Positions 27,601-41,987 of a stretch of DNA of 64,000 nt are shown in pieces; position 1 is the first letter of the stretch; each line of letters starts with the position of its first letter. Position numbers and translations under genes: made by a program. The stretch lies in NCBI RefSeq assembly GCF_009914755.1, contig NC_060931.1; one strand, written 5' to 3'. The notes under the pieces were generated by a model, which saw only the letters and a program-made list of their open reading frames with translations, was not told where the DNA came from and searched no databases. This DNA is from the human T2T-CHM13v2.0 reference genome, Homo sapiens.

Positions 27601-27944
27601 ATTTACAACCTTAATTTTAATTATATTATTTCTACAGCATCTACACTTTAAAATATGGGGTTACTTTCCCCAAAGTGTTTCGATGGCACCACTAGAAAGT
27701 CTTCTCTGTTGGTACTCAATACTGTATATACTCTCCAAACTCAAAATAATGTAACAAATTCAAAAAGGTTGAAATACTAGGCTTATATCAAGGAAAATTT
27801 CTACTACTACATTAAAAGTTCACAGATGAGCAACCTGTAACTCAGCTGCTTCTGTTTCTTTTGCCTCTGCCATGTACTAATTTATATATCCTGAGACATG
27901 ATATTTACCCTGTGTCTCAGTTTTGCCTTCAAAATCATCTTGAC

Positions 27945-28160
27945 ATAACATAGTGGTTAAAGGGCCAGTCTCTAGGGTCAAATCATCTGATGCTGAATCT
28001 TGCTTCACTACTTACTAGTTATGAGACCTTGAGCAAGTTACCTATCTGTGCTTCGGTTTCCTTATCTATAAAAGAGATAATAGGAGCTACTTCAGAAGGT
28101 TGCTGTACAGTGCCTGGCAGGTAGTAAAAGATCATTAACTAGTAGTTGCTATTATTGTTG
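27945..28160 (+). mobile_element. MIR
   Basis: cacttactagttatgagaccttgagcaagtta...cttcggtttccttatctataaaa MIR core. Confidence 0.7.
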
Positions 28161-29213
28161 TCATCATCTTCATCAGAATAACTAATATTTATTAAGCACT
28201 ATGCTAAGCTTTGATTACTTCAATCCCCGTAACAGCCCTAAAAAGTATTAATATTTCTATTCAAAAGAAAAAGTGAAACTATACAATATTTGGTACCTGT
28301 TAAGCACTACTGAAGGTAGTCAGGCATTTAAAAAATTAATAATAAGGTAAACAACCCAGAATTTAATACAGCAACATTTGGTTCATGTTTCTGTATCAGA
28401 AAAAGAAATTTAAGGACAAAATCAAAAGGCAACGTATCTGTTTAAAAGAAACCCCAACAATCACCAATAGCTGTCATATATTAAGAACTCTGTATTATGT
28501 AAGTTTTCCTTGAATAATCATTCTAGGTTCTGATAAGAGGATTTGAGATATGCTTTTAAAAAGCAGCCATTTTCTCTATCATAACAAAGTGTGCTGGAGA
28601 ATGATTCTTTACCTTCATAGAGTCAGGAACCTCATTTAAATACGATGAAAGCCATGGATCCTCTCTCTCCAGAGAAAAGAACATATTTAGCACACAATTT
28701 CAGGGAGTTTATGAAGTCTAGAGTAAGAATTTCTACCCCTGAGACCTTATCTTTTACATCCTGGTATTCTGCTTTTACTCTCTGGTATTCAATGTTTTTT
28801 AAAAAATGAATTCATAATACTTCAAGTGGTCATTATCAAATTAAAGAGCATTATACAGAGCTAAATTAGTTCTAAATACACCACAACAGTAGGTGTTCAT
28901 TTTGAAAGGGGCTTCATATAACACATAAGCAATGTGAAATAATATTTTGAAATAAGAATGAAAGGTAAATCTTAAAGTAGGACATTAACAAATATTCTAG
29001 ACAAAATGTACTGCCTCTAGGAAAAATGTTAAGGTCCGATTGTATACTTAGTCAACTGTGAATCCAGAATTAAAATATAATAAGTATTAGTGATCTTCAC
29101 CCTATGTATTCTTTCTTCATGTTAGAAAAATATCAAAGAATATTGTTTCCTAAGTCTCATCTGTCAATCATTAATTAAAAATAGGAACACAATAAACTGT
29201 ATAATTTGATCAT

Positions 29214-29321
29214 AGATACTAAACATTACTTACTAATGTATGGTACATGTTTCCACAAGGATTAACATGTAAAAGATACTAAATATTACTAATGTATGGT
29301 ACATGTTTCCACAAGGATTAA
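29214..29321. repeat. ~50-bp tandem duplication
   Basis: agatactaaa..tactaatgtatggtacatgtttccacaaggattaa at 29214-29265 and 29274-29321. Confidence 0.9.
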
Positions 29322-29368
29322 ACTGTCATCTAAAATCTTAAAAGATTAATAATTGTCAAAAAGCTTAC

Positions 29369-29392
29369 CATTTGGGGGATCTCGTCTTTTCT
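29369..29392 (-). CDS. WASL: WASL exon 5, 24-nt microexon (EKRRDPPNG)
   Basis: ctaacag|AG AAA AGA CGA GAT CCC CCA AAT G|gtaagc; phase 1-1. Confidence 0.95.
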
Positions 29393-29499
29393 CTGTTAGA
29401 AAATAAATTAGAAGAATATTATTAAATATATGTAAGACAACATCAACATAAAAAAATTAATTCACTAAACTGTCTTATTCCTAAATTGACATACGTGTG

Positions 29500-30270
29500 A
29501 CTAAGGAAGATTTTTCAGAAGACCCGACATTTAAGTAGAGATCTAAATAAAATAAGTAAGGGAACAATACATTCAAAGGCCCCAAGGAGGGTGCAACATG
29601 AAAGAACATCATGAAGACTGGACTACAGTGAGCAAATGGCACAGTGAAAGGAGACAAGAAGGAAAGTCAGGGACTAGATCATGTAGGGTTCCACAGGCCA
29701 TGGTTAAGGACTATAGATTTTATGTGTATATGATAGGAAGCTCTTACAGAATTTTAAATAGAGAAAGTGATATAACCTAATCTACAATTCTAAAAGTTTA
29801 CTCTGGCTACTGTATAGAAAAGAGATAGTAAAAAGGATTGAGTAGCAGCAGGAAGACCAGTCAGAGAGCTAGTGTGGCAGCCCAGCTGACAGATCATGGT
29901 GGCCTGGATTAGGATGGTAGCAGCAGAAATGGTAAGAAATAGTCAGACAGGACATGTTTTTGAAGGCAGAGTCAATAGGACTCTGATAGGATTTATGAGG
30001 GACCATGGTGAGCCTGAGGGATAAGATGGAACAAATGCCTTTTACTGAAACAAGGAAGATTAGTAGAAGAATAGGAACAGATCTGAGTGGGGCTAAGGTT
30101 CAGGATACAGGACATGGATCAAATATTCTGCTCAGACCGTGTTAAGTCTAAAGGCTATTCTGCCACTTGAGTAGACAGAGTCTGAAGGTCAGGGAAGATG
30201 TGTCAGTACTGAAGAAAAAACTTTGAGAGTCATTGGCATACAGTTTTTGGAACTATAGGACTGGATGAAA
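29500..30270 (-). mobile_element. L2 LINE fragment
   Basis: agtttactctggctactgtatagaa...gatcatggtggcctggattagg reverse L2 motifs. Confidence 0.65.
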
Positions 30271-30765
30271 GCACATGTTCTTTCTTCTGAAACTCATCTG
30301 CTTAAGATGATTTTGGAGAGGTTCCCCTTTCCTAGTCACCCTTCTCCACTTTACAAGAGAAACACCTGGTTCACTGTTGTCAAGTAATAGTTCTACTCCA
30401 ATTAACTTAAAGCTTTATACTATCCTGCATTGTTCTATAATTGTTTTATATGTGTTAGAGTTGTTTCACACACTAAACTAAGTTCCTTATGGGTTTTATA
30501 GTATATAGCATTAGGAACAAAATAGAAAGACAAGGCAATGTTTACAGATCTTGTTAGCAACTCTGCTTACTTGCTTCTAAGCTTACCTAAAGTCTTTGTT
30601 TACAAAGTATAAAATACTTTTAAAACTTTACAAAAAATGCTATCACAAATGCAAAATTAAAAGTCAATATATATGAAATTTTATCAACAAAAAAGGTTAT
30701 TGTATTGGGCCCTTCGGTAAATCTAAAAAAAATAGTTCTCAACAAAAATATTATTTATTTTAAGG

Positions 30766-30986
30766 TAAGGACCACCAAATTTTTTTGTAAATAGTAAATA
30801 TTTCAGATAATAATTTTGGCTTTGAGGACCATATATCACTGTCATCACTATTTAACTGTGTTGTGACAAAAAATAGCCAAAGACAACATGTAAACCAATG
30901 AATACAGTTAAGTTTCAGTAAACTTTTATTTACAAAAAACAGGAAATGGACCACACTTGCCCCATGAGCATTAGTTTGCTGGCCTG
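30766..30986 (+). mobile_element. MER58A-like hAT DNA transposon
   Basis: aatagtaaatatttc...aaacttttatttacaaaaaacagg...tagtttgctg. Confidence 0.7.
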
Positions 30987-31011
30987 ATTTAAGTAATTAA
31001 AAAAGGGTTAC

Positions 31012-31108
31012 CAGATTTCCTTTGTCGACGGCCCAAAAGGTCTGTAACTGCTTTTCGAAATTTTTTTGCTTCTTCTTCATTGGCAAAATTAAGAGCAACT
31101 TGACAAGT
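31012..31108 (-). CDS. WASL: WASL exon 4, end of WH1 (TCQVALNFANEEEAKKF...RRQRKS)
   Basis: tttcag|ACT...TCT G|gtaacc; 97 nt. Confidence 0.97.
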
Positions 31109-31474
31109 CTGAAATATTTTCATCACAAAGGGGAAACAACAGAATGTATGAATTTAGCTTTATATCATAAAAACAATGAGGAAAAGAAGTATATTTCTAA
31201 AGAACGAAAGGTTAATTTTACTAGCAGATAAGACATTATTTTATGATCTGAATAACTTAACACAAAAGCATGAAGAAGTTCAAGTAAAAGATTACTATTA
31301 GAGAAGTTACCTATCACAGCAGACACATATACTAATTTGAATATTTCATCTTCAGCAAAAAAATAAAATAGCAAATTGAATTTGATCTTTCAATAAGGTT
31401 CTATAAATAATTTGGATTAGAAAAGGCAAGCAATGAAAAAAGTAAAGATGGCAATAAAGAAAAATATGACTTAC

Positions 31475-31561
31475 ATCTCCAGCAAAGGTATGAAAATATC
31501 CTCTAGGACTATTATATACAAAGTTATTGTATAGCTCTTGTTCCCACAATAGTTTCCCATC
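31475..31561 (-). CDS. WASL: WASL exon 3, WH1 domain ([11 protein letters not shown]...TFAGD)
   Basis: ttctag|GAT...GAT|gtaagt; 87 nt; overlaps ORF 31352..31549. Confidence 0.97.
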
Positions 31562-32638
31562 CTAGAAAAAAGTTAAAAATTAAAATAAGAACTACCAAAA
31601 CATAATCTCTAGGAATAAAACAAAGAAGATGACTCATATTAAGAAAACTGTTTATATTAAAAATAACTTTTAATGCACACATGTAACATATTTATAATAT
31701 ATAAATAGTGTCACATAATCTAATCAGTAATTTCTTAAAACTGCAAACACTGGATAACGTATCTTTCATAAAACCTACATATCAAGTCAGTTTAATTCAG
31801 CTAAGATATAATCTCACTAGCCAACCATTTCCAAATTCAGCTACTTGGTCAAATACATAATAACCAGAATAATTACTAGGTCATCAATGTTACATAGAAG
31901 GAATAGGATACTTTTGTACATGAACTGATTACCAAAGCACAGTTCCACCAGCAATATTTAGACAATGTACTATCAAACACTGCAGGAATACTTTATGTTC
32001 TTTTCCTCAATTTTATAGATGTGGGAGGGTCAAATATACCTTCCTTGTACTGCTAATTAACCATCTTCAAATTCTTAACTTTTGCAGAGTACCTTTCTAA
32101 TTATATACTAGTATAAGTAGTATTAATCATGATGCAGAAAGAGACTGATAATTAAAATGTATCAAGGTTAAACTATGGATAAGAGTGCCATGATGGCTGC
32201 CATATCTATTGCCATAGTATAAAAAATATGTTTAATCTTAATACCAAAGGTGACGAATTATGAGTGTCCAGCAATTGGAAATAAGTGGTTAGAGAAAGAT
32301 AGTCATTGCCCTATTCAGAAATGCAAGGTTCTACCTAGACCACAATTTAAAAATATGTAAAATACACTGTTCACACATTATAACCACTGCAATGGAATCC
32401 CTTTCTTCTTAGTGGAGTAGTAAGTGTATGCCATTTCTAAATAGTGCTTCTCAATGGTTATGAGAAATATGTCAAAGCACTTGGGGGTTTCTTTCAAACT
32501 ACGTATGTGTTCCCCACCCCCCAGAATCACTGCCATAGTTAGCCACTGCTAGTGATTACTAGTAAGCCACTGCTAGTGACAGAAGCATGTCATATCTCTC
32601 AGCTGTCTTGGAAGCAGACATTAAGATGCACTAATTTA

Positions 32639-32937
32639 GCCCGGGACTGGTGGCTCAGGCCTGTAATCCCAGCACTTTGGGAGCCTGAGGCAGGAGGATC
32701 ACTTGAGTCCAGGAGTTTGAATCCAGGCTGGGCAAAACAGCAGAACCCATCTCTATAAGAAAATACAAAAATTAGCCAGGTGTGGTGGCATGCACCTGTA
32801 GTCACAGCTACTCAGAAGGCTGAGGTGGGAAGATTGCTTGGGCCAAGGAGATCAAGGTTGCAGTAAGCTGTGCACTCCAGGCTGGGTGACAGAGCAAGAG
32901 CAAGACCCTGTCTCAAAACAACAACAACAACAACAAA
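32639..32937 (+). mobile_element. AluJ with (CAA)n tail and TSD
   Basis: ggaggatcacttgagtccagg J-type; TSD aagatgcactaattta / aagaagcactaattta. Confidence 0.92.
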
Positions 32938-33823
32938 AGAAGCACTAATTTACCAAATACCATAACTGAGATCTCATTTAATCTCAGTGAAATACCTCAT
33001 AACAAACCAAGATGGTTATCTGATTTTACAAATAAATCTGAGACCAGAGGTGTAAAAATCTCTTCACTGTTATCTATCAGGTCATATTAGCGCCCAAGAG
33101 TTTAAAGGCAGTTTTAGTTTTTTGTAATTAAAATCTCATTGCACTTATTGCCACATATAAATATTAATCATGGAGGCTTACTTACAGAAAGGTTTTTTAA
33201 AAAAATAATGGAGACTTCATCTTAGCAAAATATTTTTATGACAACTGTAAGAAATGAATACCTAACAAGGTATTCAATCTATAACAATGTGATTTATGAT
33301 TGGAAGGGAGGGATATAAAGCTATGAAAATCTGAATATATCTATCATGAGAAACAATATAAGGAAAAATGAGTAGCAAACAGATTTTTATAGATATTGAA
33401 ATGTTTTAAACCTGGGCTAAATAATAGTACATACTGAGCTAAAATATTATTTTGTTGTTACCTGAACAGACTATCTACGCTATTCTATAATGAACCAGGT
33501 GGAATAAAAGAGTTTCATTAAAAAAATACAGAGTGTAAAGAAAGCCCAAGAACCAACAGGCATAATTTAAAAAAAAAAAAAGCCTTAATGCGTGGTAGCA
33601 GGAGAAAGATAAAATAGGAAACTATTCACATTCTGGCTTCAGACATGTTCCCATTTGGTCATGATTTCCGTATGCAATATCTAAAAACCAAGCTTCACTC
33701 TTCTAATATTAGTTTATGTATAAATTTAAATATCACATATAGGATAAACAAATCTAAACTAAATTATAATTGATATAGAAAACCTAATCACCTAGTTTAA
33801 AGTGAAAGCAAAACAAAACTCAC

Positions 33824-33958
33824 CTTAATGTCAAATATTCTTAAAAAATAAGATCTCTGTGGATTGTCCTTAACAAGACAAGCAACACCACTGCACTTCT
33901 TTGACCACATACAGTTCCGATCTGCTGCATATAACTGCACCACTGCTGAAGACATAGT
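33824..33958 (-). CDS. WASL: WASL exon 2, WH1/EVH1 domain (TMSSAVVQLY...RIFDIK)
   Basis: ttttgcag|ACT...AAG|gtgagt; 135 nt, phase 0-0. Confidence 0.97.
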
Positions 33959-34014
33959 CTGCAAAATATAAAATTTATAACCATTAGGTTCAAAATAATA
34001 TGTAGATGATCATA

Positions 34015-34163
34015 GCCCCTGCTGACAGCTTGACCGCAACCACCCAGCTAAGCTGCTCCTAAATTCCTGATTCACAGAAACAAGGAAATAATAAACATGT
34101 ATTGTTATTTTAAGCCACTAGTTTCTGAAGTAATTTCTTATGTAGTAATAAATAACTAATACA
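34015..34163 (+). mobile_element. MLT1 (MaLR) LTR 3' fragment
   Basis: ttttaagccactagttt...taactaataca MLT1 terminus. Confidence 0.7.
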
Positions 34164-34184
34164 ATAATCACATAACAATAATTA

Positions 34185-34410
34185 CTGAAAACATTTATTG
34201 ATGCTTAAAATGTGTTAGGAAATGTGTTAATCACTTTTAAATATAGCCTCATTTGTTATTACTATGATAACTTCATTTTTTACTTGAGAAACCCGACACT
34301 AAAGGGGGTAATTTGCCCAATACCACACAGCTAAATGGCAGAGCTGAAATTCCAAATCCAGGCAATTTGTGACTTCAAATCTAGCATTCTTACTCCCCCT
34401 ATTACACTGT
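34185..34410 (-). mobile_element. MIR
   Basis: atttgcccaataccacacagctaaatggcagagctgaaattcc. Confidence 0.6.
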
Positions 34411-37400
34411 TTCCCAATAAAGTGAACACTTAAGCAATGAAGTAGTAGCATTAGTAATGGCTGACTTGTATAAAGCAGTTAAGCACTTATCTAGATAAGG
34501 ATTGAGACAAACTTGAAAGCAGTATTACCACCCTGGAAGGCAGATTATAGTATCTCCTTTCTAAAGTGAGTTTAAGATTGTAAGTGATTTGCACAAGTGG
34601 CCACGCAGTTTTAATGCTATACTGAGGATATGAAAAAGATTTGAGTGACTATTGTCTCAATTTTACCAAGGATAGTCCCTAAATAGAACCCTTTCAGATG
34701 TATAGGAGGGAAGCTAACTCGTTACATGCAATGGACACTTCAGGGCATTAGGATTTTCCAGTACACCATGTTGCCCCCTTCCTCAAGACTATATCATGAA
34801 AAGGTGTAAACTAATTTTATTCTAAATTAAGTTTACTTTATAACCTAGAATGTAACTATTCAACCTTAAGTTTCTATGAAAGTGATACACACTTACACTG
34901 ATAAAGCACTTACAAATCCTCTGAAAGCCATAATTATGTTTTCTGATAAAGTAATTTCACTTCTAAACTAGAAATTAAGAAAATCATTTAGAATATAATA
35001 CTTCATATTTTAATATAAATATAAAAATAAAATATTTCATATAAATATATATTTTTTTAAAGAGGAAGAACTGAAATAACCTAAAATAGGAGCTGATTAA
35101 GTAATTATGGTACCTTAGTTCAACGGAATTTGGGCTCTGTAATAAAAAATAGACTACATTAAGATTTGAAGATATGCTGTTTTAGGTTTACTGAACTATG
35201 CCTGAGGGGTGCCCTTTTTTGGTAAGAGGAATTTCAAAGAACAATTATATGCACAAATCTTTTATAATTAGATACTAAATTCAGAAATGTAAGATCAGTA
35301 TACTGTTAGGATCAAAAGTCCATAAAGACTTGCTCAGATAACAATGTTCAATGTTATGTTTTTAACATTACAGACCAAACTCAACCTTGAACTTCACATA
35401 CAGTACTGAGTAGGACACAAAGGAACAGAAAAATTTCTGCAAGAGTCAATAAAAATTATGATAACTTAAAAACAAAAAATGTGTATCCTGGGACACTGGG
35501 TTTCAAAGAGGAGACTGAAGAATGTGGGACACTTTTTGGCCTGCTCAAAACACACTTGTGTTTGCAAGTGCACAATCTCAGGATGATAGTGCCACAGGCA
35601 TCCTGCTGCCAGCACTGAAAACTTCAGAAAAATGCGTCTTGCATACACTATCTAAAGGTACCAAATACCAGGCTGAAGAATGCAAAAATCAAACAAGCAA
35701 TTTGTTAGTTCTAAGGAGAATTCGCATAAAGTCTTTTTTAGTATGGTGCTGTCAAAATACATTCATTTCTAAAAAGATAGCAATTAGGAAACTAGATGTA
35801 CCAAAATGAAGATCTAAAAATCTCCCTACTTCGCTTTTTACCAGAAATCAAGAAGTAACAGCTCACACACACACACAAAAAAGTTATTCAATAGGGTCTG
35901 AAATCCCATTATGAAAATCCCCTTGCTAGCCAAAGGACTAAATATTCATGATGTTATAAATATTCACGTTGTAAAACATCATGTGGCTATATATGTGAAC
36001 TTTAAAAAACAAAACAAAACAAAAAAAAACCCAAACTAAAAAACATTTTAACCTTTAGATAAACTTAAATTCTTAAAACACTTGCTTAAGAAATAAAGAC
36101 TAACAATGCTATAATTTTTCACAGACAGGATACTGCATTATAAACATTAAAACTAAAAAAACAACTATTCAAAAGCAATTTTCAGTAACTGGATTTTCAA
36201 AAAATTTGCTACACTCTTATTATCAGTCTAAGTGTCTATTTCATTAATTCTTACCTTCATCTGGCAGTCTGAAAATGACATACCACAGCACCTTGTAAAG
36301 CCTTTTCTAATTCAGAATAATTACAGTGAATATGAGAATAACTGCTATACATTTAATACAGTATATTAATGCTAGACAATATAAAAACAGTCACTAATCC
36401 CCACACTCTAGATTGACAGTGACTTAATTAAGTTTTTACAGACATTCCTTCCATTCCTTTAAGTAATTACAACAAATCAATTCCATTCCTTCTTGTCTTT
36501 CGTAATTAAGAAGATATTAATGAAAAACAACCTAAGAACAAGTGCTTAGGAAGGGAAATCTATTTCTTATTACCCTAATAATGTTAAGGTTAAAATCTGG
36601 TAATTAAAAGGAAAAAAAGTACTGTATCAACTTTGGTAGAAACAGAACCTGTCATATCTTGTGTATTCCTGATACTTCAGTACTGAGTAACTGTAATGAC
36701 ATATTCATTCTCAGAACTATGATGATCAAGGGCAGGAAGAATATGGGGGATGTATTCTAGGAAGTGAATTCCCTCCCACTGTCCTTCTGCCTGGGACTTC
36801 CACCTCTTTGAGGTTGACTCTGCACCAGTTGAGAAGTATTTCTCTGATTCCTTAGGTTGAAATGACTTTTATTGGAGTTTTTTGGTTTGTTTGGTTTTTT
36901 TTTCACATTTCTGAAGTGCTTGTTTGTGTACCTTGTGTTACTCTGTTATTCCACTGGTCTTACTCTAAATCAGAATAATTTTCTGTATTGATTTCCTAAC
37001 CACTAAAAAGACTGCAATTCCCATAAGCACTTAAAGTAGTTCTGCAAGCTTGTACTTTCACTCCACCTATACTTTGTCCCCAAGTGAACAAGTATTTGTT
37101 AAAAACTACATGTTCTGATTTTGATAATGATACTACAATAATAACAGAATGACTCTGATTTTAGGATATATAGCCTGAAATATTATAAAGAGGCATTATG
37201 TCTGCAACTTATTCTCATGTTATTCAGAAAAAAATAACATGCATGTATACATATATATAGAGAAAAAAACATGGTAAATGTAATAAACATTTGGCAAATC
37301 TGGATGAAGGATATATAGAAGTTCTTTGTACTGTATCTTTAAGTATGAAATTATTTCTAACTTTAACAAGCACGAATGATTCATTAAAATGTATGACCCT

Positions 37401-37884
37401 TAGCTCTCTTTCACAACCACAGCAATCTTGAGAAGGTGGTCCTCTCCCCAGAGCCATTACTACCTCTATATATGTTAGCCACTGCTGCAATGGCCCAAAA
37501 CTAAGAAAACTCCCACTTCCTCCTATTCCCTCTATATGTGTACCAACTTTCTTAAAAGTTCTATCCTGCATAAGACTTAAACCACAAACATTCAGCACTT
37601 CTACTGTTTAAATTCCTTTCACATTTTCAGAACAACCACATTATGTAACAGGTCAGAATAAGAATTTTAGATCAGGAAAATAGGTATTTCTTTGACTACA
37701 GAAACAGCTAGACCACAAAAAGACTAGAAAATACTAGGAGTCACAGGGATCCTTGTTTTTAGCCATCAACTGCCTACAACAAATACTAAAATGATTTAAT
37801 ACTGAATAACTGAATATTTAATAACTAAAATTATTTTAATCTAACAAATATACAATGTTAAAGAAAATATTTAAACATATTTTC

Positions 37885-38184
37885 TCTTTTTATTTTTGAG
37901 ACAAGGTCTTGCTCTGTCACCCAGGCAGGAGTGCAATGGTGAGTGAGATCGCTCACCACAGCATCAAGCCCCTAGGTTCAAGTGATCCTCCTACCTCACT
38001 CAGCCTTCTGAGTAGCTGGGACTACCAGCACACACCACTATGACGGGCTAATTTTCTAATTTTTTGTAGAGATGCAGTCTAACTATGTTACGCAGGCTGG
38101 TCTCAAACTCCTGACCTCAAGTGATCCTCCTACCTTGGCCTCCTAAAGTGTAGGGATTACAGATGCGAGCCACTGTGCCTGGCC
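37885..38184 (-). mobile_element. AluJ
   Basis: Dimeric diverged Alu with caagtgatcctcc. Confidence 0.9.
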
Positions 38185-38477
38185 AAATATATATTTTCAA
38201 TAAATATCCAAAATACACTAAATGTGGGGGGAAATCATATGACTTAACAAAATAAAGTCTTTTCTATGATCATGTTGGCCTAGATTAACAGTCAAATACT
38301 CCAACTTTTATATGTACGCATGTATCTGAATGTTGCATTTGGCCTCAAATGTCTGAAAACTAACATGAGAAAATCCATTCTAAGTGTTCTCATTATATAA
38401 AAGCTAAGATTTAAATACATTCCTAGATGCTCTGATGATATATTTACATGAAATGACCTATTATTACTCTGAATATA

Positions 38478-38751
38478 CAGTTGGCCCTTGAACAATATGG
38501 GTTTGAACTGTGTGGGTCCACTTACATGCAGATCTTCTTCACTAAATACAGTCAGGACTCCATATCGCAGGGTTCTGCATCCGCAACCAAACGTGGATTG
38601 AAAAATACAGTTATTAGCAGGATGAGATACCCACAAAACAGGAGGGCAGACTTTTCACATGGGTGGGTTCTAAAGGACCTCAGTATGTGTGAACTTTGGT
38701 ATCTGTGGGTGGCCCTAGAACCAATCCCCCATGGATACTAAGAGATGACTG
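38478..38751 (+). mobile_element. MER2B (TcMar-Tigger) with TA target duplication
   Basis: ta|CAGTTGGCCCTTGAAC ... GATGACTG|ta. Confidence 0.8.
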
Positions 38752-39849
38752 TAAAATTTTAATCTATACATTATAAAAAGTAGTATAAAAGTAAAGAAAT
38801 GCAAAGAATTTGGTTGAATTCCTACAGTTTATTATGTAGTGATCTCATGAAACAATGTTCTAAATAATTAAAGTAGCAACACCTGTTACCTGCCCACCTC
38901 AAAACCCAATACAGAAATCATAAATTTAAAAAAGAAAAACAATGTATCTGGCAGGGAACAACAACTCCTGAGAGTGGTGAGTATCAGTAAGAACTATCCA
39001 GGAAAAGAAAACACAAAAATTCACTTTGGAGACAAGGGATCTTATCACCTGGTAATTTCTACAATGAGAAATAACCAGAAAAGAAAAGAGAAAACAAACA
39101 AAAACAGTACACGTTTTAAAAAGAATATGGCAATGACAAAAGACTCCACAAGAAATAAATTTCTAAAAAAGCAAACCTGGAGGAATGAAGGAGGAAAACC
39201 ACAAAAGCATAAAGTAACAAACAGAATCTCAACAGTGAAGAAAAACGGAGCCAGATAGAAACAGCTGCTATCTTAGGGACCAAACACAGAGAGTCTTTTA
39301 GATCTTAGCTGCTTTTTAAGAAAATTTCTCTGCCAGACATATTTGTTCACCAAATGTTTATGAAGAACCTACTATGTACAAGGGACTGGGATAACTGGGG
39401 GTGAGGACAAGAATGAAAATGAGGGCAAATACAAAAATGAATTAGACAAGGTCCTCATAAAACATCTAGTTAATAAAGGGGAGATTGGCATTAATAACTA
39501 TTAAAATGCTACTAGGAAAAATTAGTATGCAAGAAAAATGTAAAACCTAACTAGTGTAGGAAGGCTTCCCTGAGGTGACATCTTACCTGAAGAATGAAAA
39601 AGGGTGAGTCAAGTGAACAAAGCGCTGGTGAGGAGTAAGTATGGAGGAAATGGCATTCTAAGTAGACTCATCAAAAAGACCCTACCATAGGAAAGTTTGG
39701 TGAACTGTGTGGAGTAGGAAATAAGAAAGAGAAGAGTGGCATGGATTGAAGACACAGATTTAATGTTAAAGTAATACAAAACACAGCTCAATTCAGTGAT
39801 TTAAAGAGATAAACAGCCACATACAGTTTGGAAACCTTGACTGGAGATT

Positions 39850-40225
39850 TGGTACAGTAGCACATCATTCCTGTAATGGCCCTTGATTCAAGTTCTTATA
39901 TATTATCTTCCTCCACTTATGCTGGATTTGTCTATGTGACTTGTTTTGATGAAGAAGACACTGGTAAATGGAAGGAGAAGCGGGAATACTTGCACCTTGT
40001 AGCTTGCCCTTTTGGAAGTGCTGCCCTAAAACCTGGAATCAAAGACCACATAGAGAGCAAGGCCCTAGTCCATTTCAACTGTCCTTTCTGAGCCCAGTCC
40101 CTACATTCTGGTGAGATTAGTCACCAGCAGACCAATCACTCAATCTACAGAATGAGAAATCTGTTGATACTGCTATAAGTCACAAAGTCATTAGGTGGTT
40201 TGTTTGCAACAACAGATAACAGATG
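39850..40225 (+). mobile_element. MLT1-type LTR remnant
   Basis: ctatgtgacttgttttg...ggtttgtttgcaacaacagataac. Confidence 0.5.
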
Positions 40226-40915
40226 TAGGGGATTGTTTTAATATACTAAAAGACATAACCTATAAGAAATGGCTCCACGTCTTCCTCTATTCCATTTCTA
40301 GCAGTATAGTTATGACAAATTTTTGGTTACAAATCATAAAAGTTTTAGACCTCACCTTCATTATCAGTGCACATTCCTGTTTGGAACCATTTAAAAAATC
40401 ACTTTATTATATACAAAAGCCATATGGAAAGGTGTGTGCTACACAGCAGGCTTAGGTCATTCACAACCACACACCAATCTTATATACTGCCTATGATTTA
40501 AATTCATACATCTAGAAAACTGCAAAGTATTATGTGGCACAGACCTTTAGCATTACCAGTAAACAATCAAAATTAGATGTTAAAACTAAAAATGGCAAGT
40601 CTTACTGTATTCTCAACTTTCTACTACCAGAAGGATAATCATATACAGATAAAGGTGAGAGGAATACTGATCTCATTATAGACTGGGTTATATTTGCAAA
40701 TGGGTGAGGACACTGTGTTAAAAGGGCAGCTCATAGGTGTGGCTGGTTCTCTTCTGCCCTACCCTGTAACTTAAGTGGATCTACTTAAAAGGAGTTTTTC
40801 CTCTCTCTTCTGTCTCCTTTTCCTTCTGTTTCTTGCAAATTCAGTTGGATTATGGTAAAACCTGAAATTTGGGTCTGGATTTTCAGGGAATAAAGTTGGA
40901 AAGGGGGTACCCTAG

Positions 40916-41279
<364 letters not shown>

Positions 41280-41322
41280 CAAAGTTTAACATTACTAGTG
41301 GAGCCCCAAGTCCTGATGACAA

Positions 41323-41436
41323 GGGGAAAAAAAAGAGAGGGAGGGAGAGTGCAACTGCAGGATGGAGGGAGAGAGAGGTAAAGAGAGAGGGAGAGAGAAA
41401 GAGGGAGGCAGGAAGGAAGGGGGAGAGAAAGAGAGA
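41323..41436. repeat. GA-rich low-complexity tract
   Basis: gagagggagggagag...gagagaaagaga. Confidence 0.75.
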
Positions 41437-41987
41437 TTTTTGTTTTTTAACTTTGCTACTACTCTTCTGTGGGAACAGTTTGGGATGAGAGGGTGAAAAG
41501 TAGTTACTGCAGTTGCTGGTGGGATGTGGGTATTCCTGAATGCTAGAGCCAAATAGCACTTAATACCACTTCACCATATATTTTATCAAGCATATAATCC
41601 AATCCCCTCATTTTATAGGTGAGCTCAATTTATTTGCCAGAGGTCACATATTATACAGCTTTGGATGAATTTCCCAATCAGCTGCTAATTCTATACTCAA
41701 CATACACTACATAATCAGTGATTCATCCCAATCCTAATTTGTCATATTTTTGCCCTATGCCAGCTAAATGATCCTCCAAGAAGGATATATCCTTAATATA
41801 GTTTTATTTCTCTAACGCCCCCTTTTGGTTTGTTTTTTACCTTAATTTTGGGGCAGGGAAAATGGCAGGGAGGGAGAGTTTGTGGTAGTGGTTGTAGAAA
41901 GTAAAGGATTGCTGGTGCATGAGAAAAAAAAACATGTTTATGAAGGGAAAAACTCCAAACAGACATTAAGTTGTTTGTCCTGGGGAA

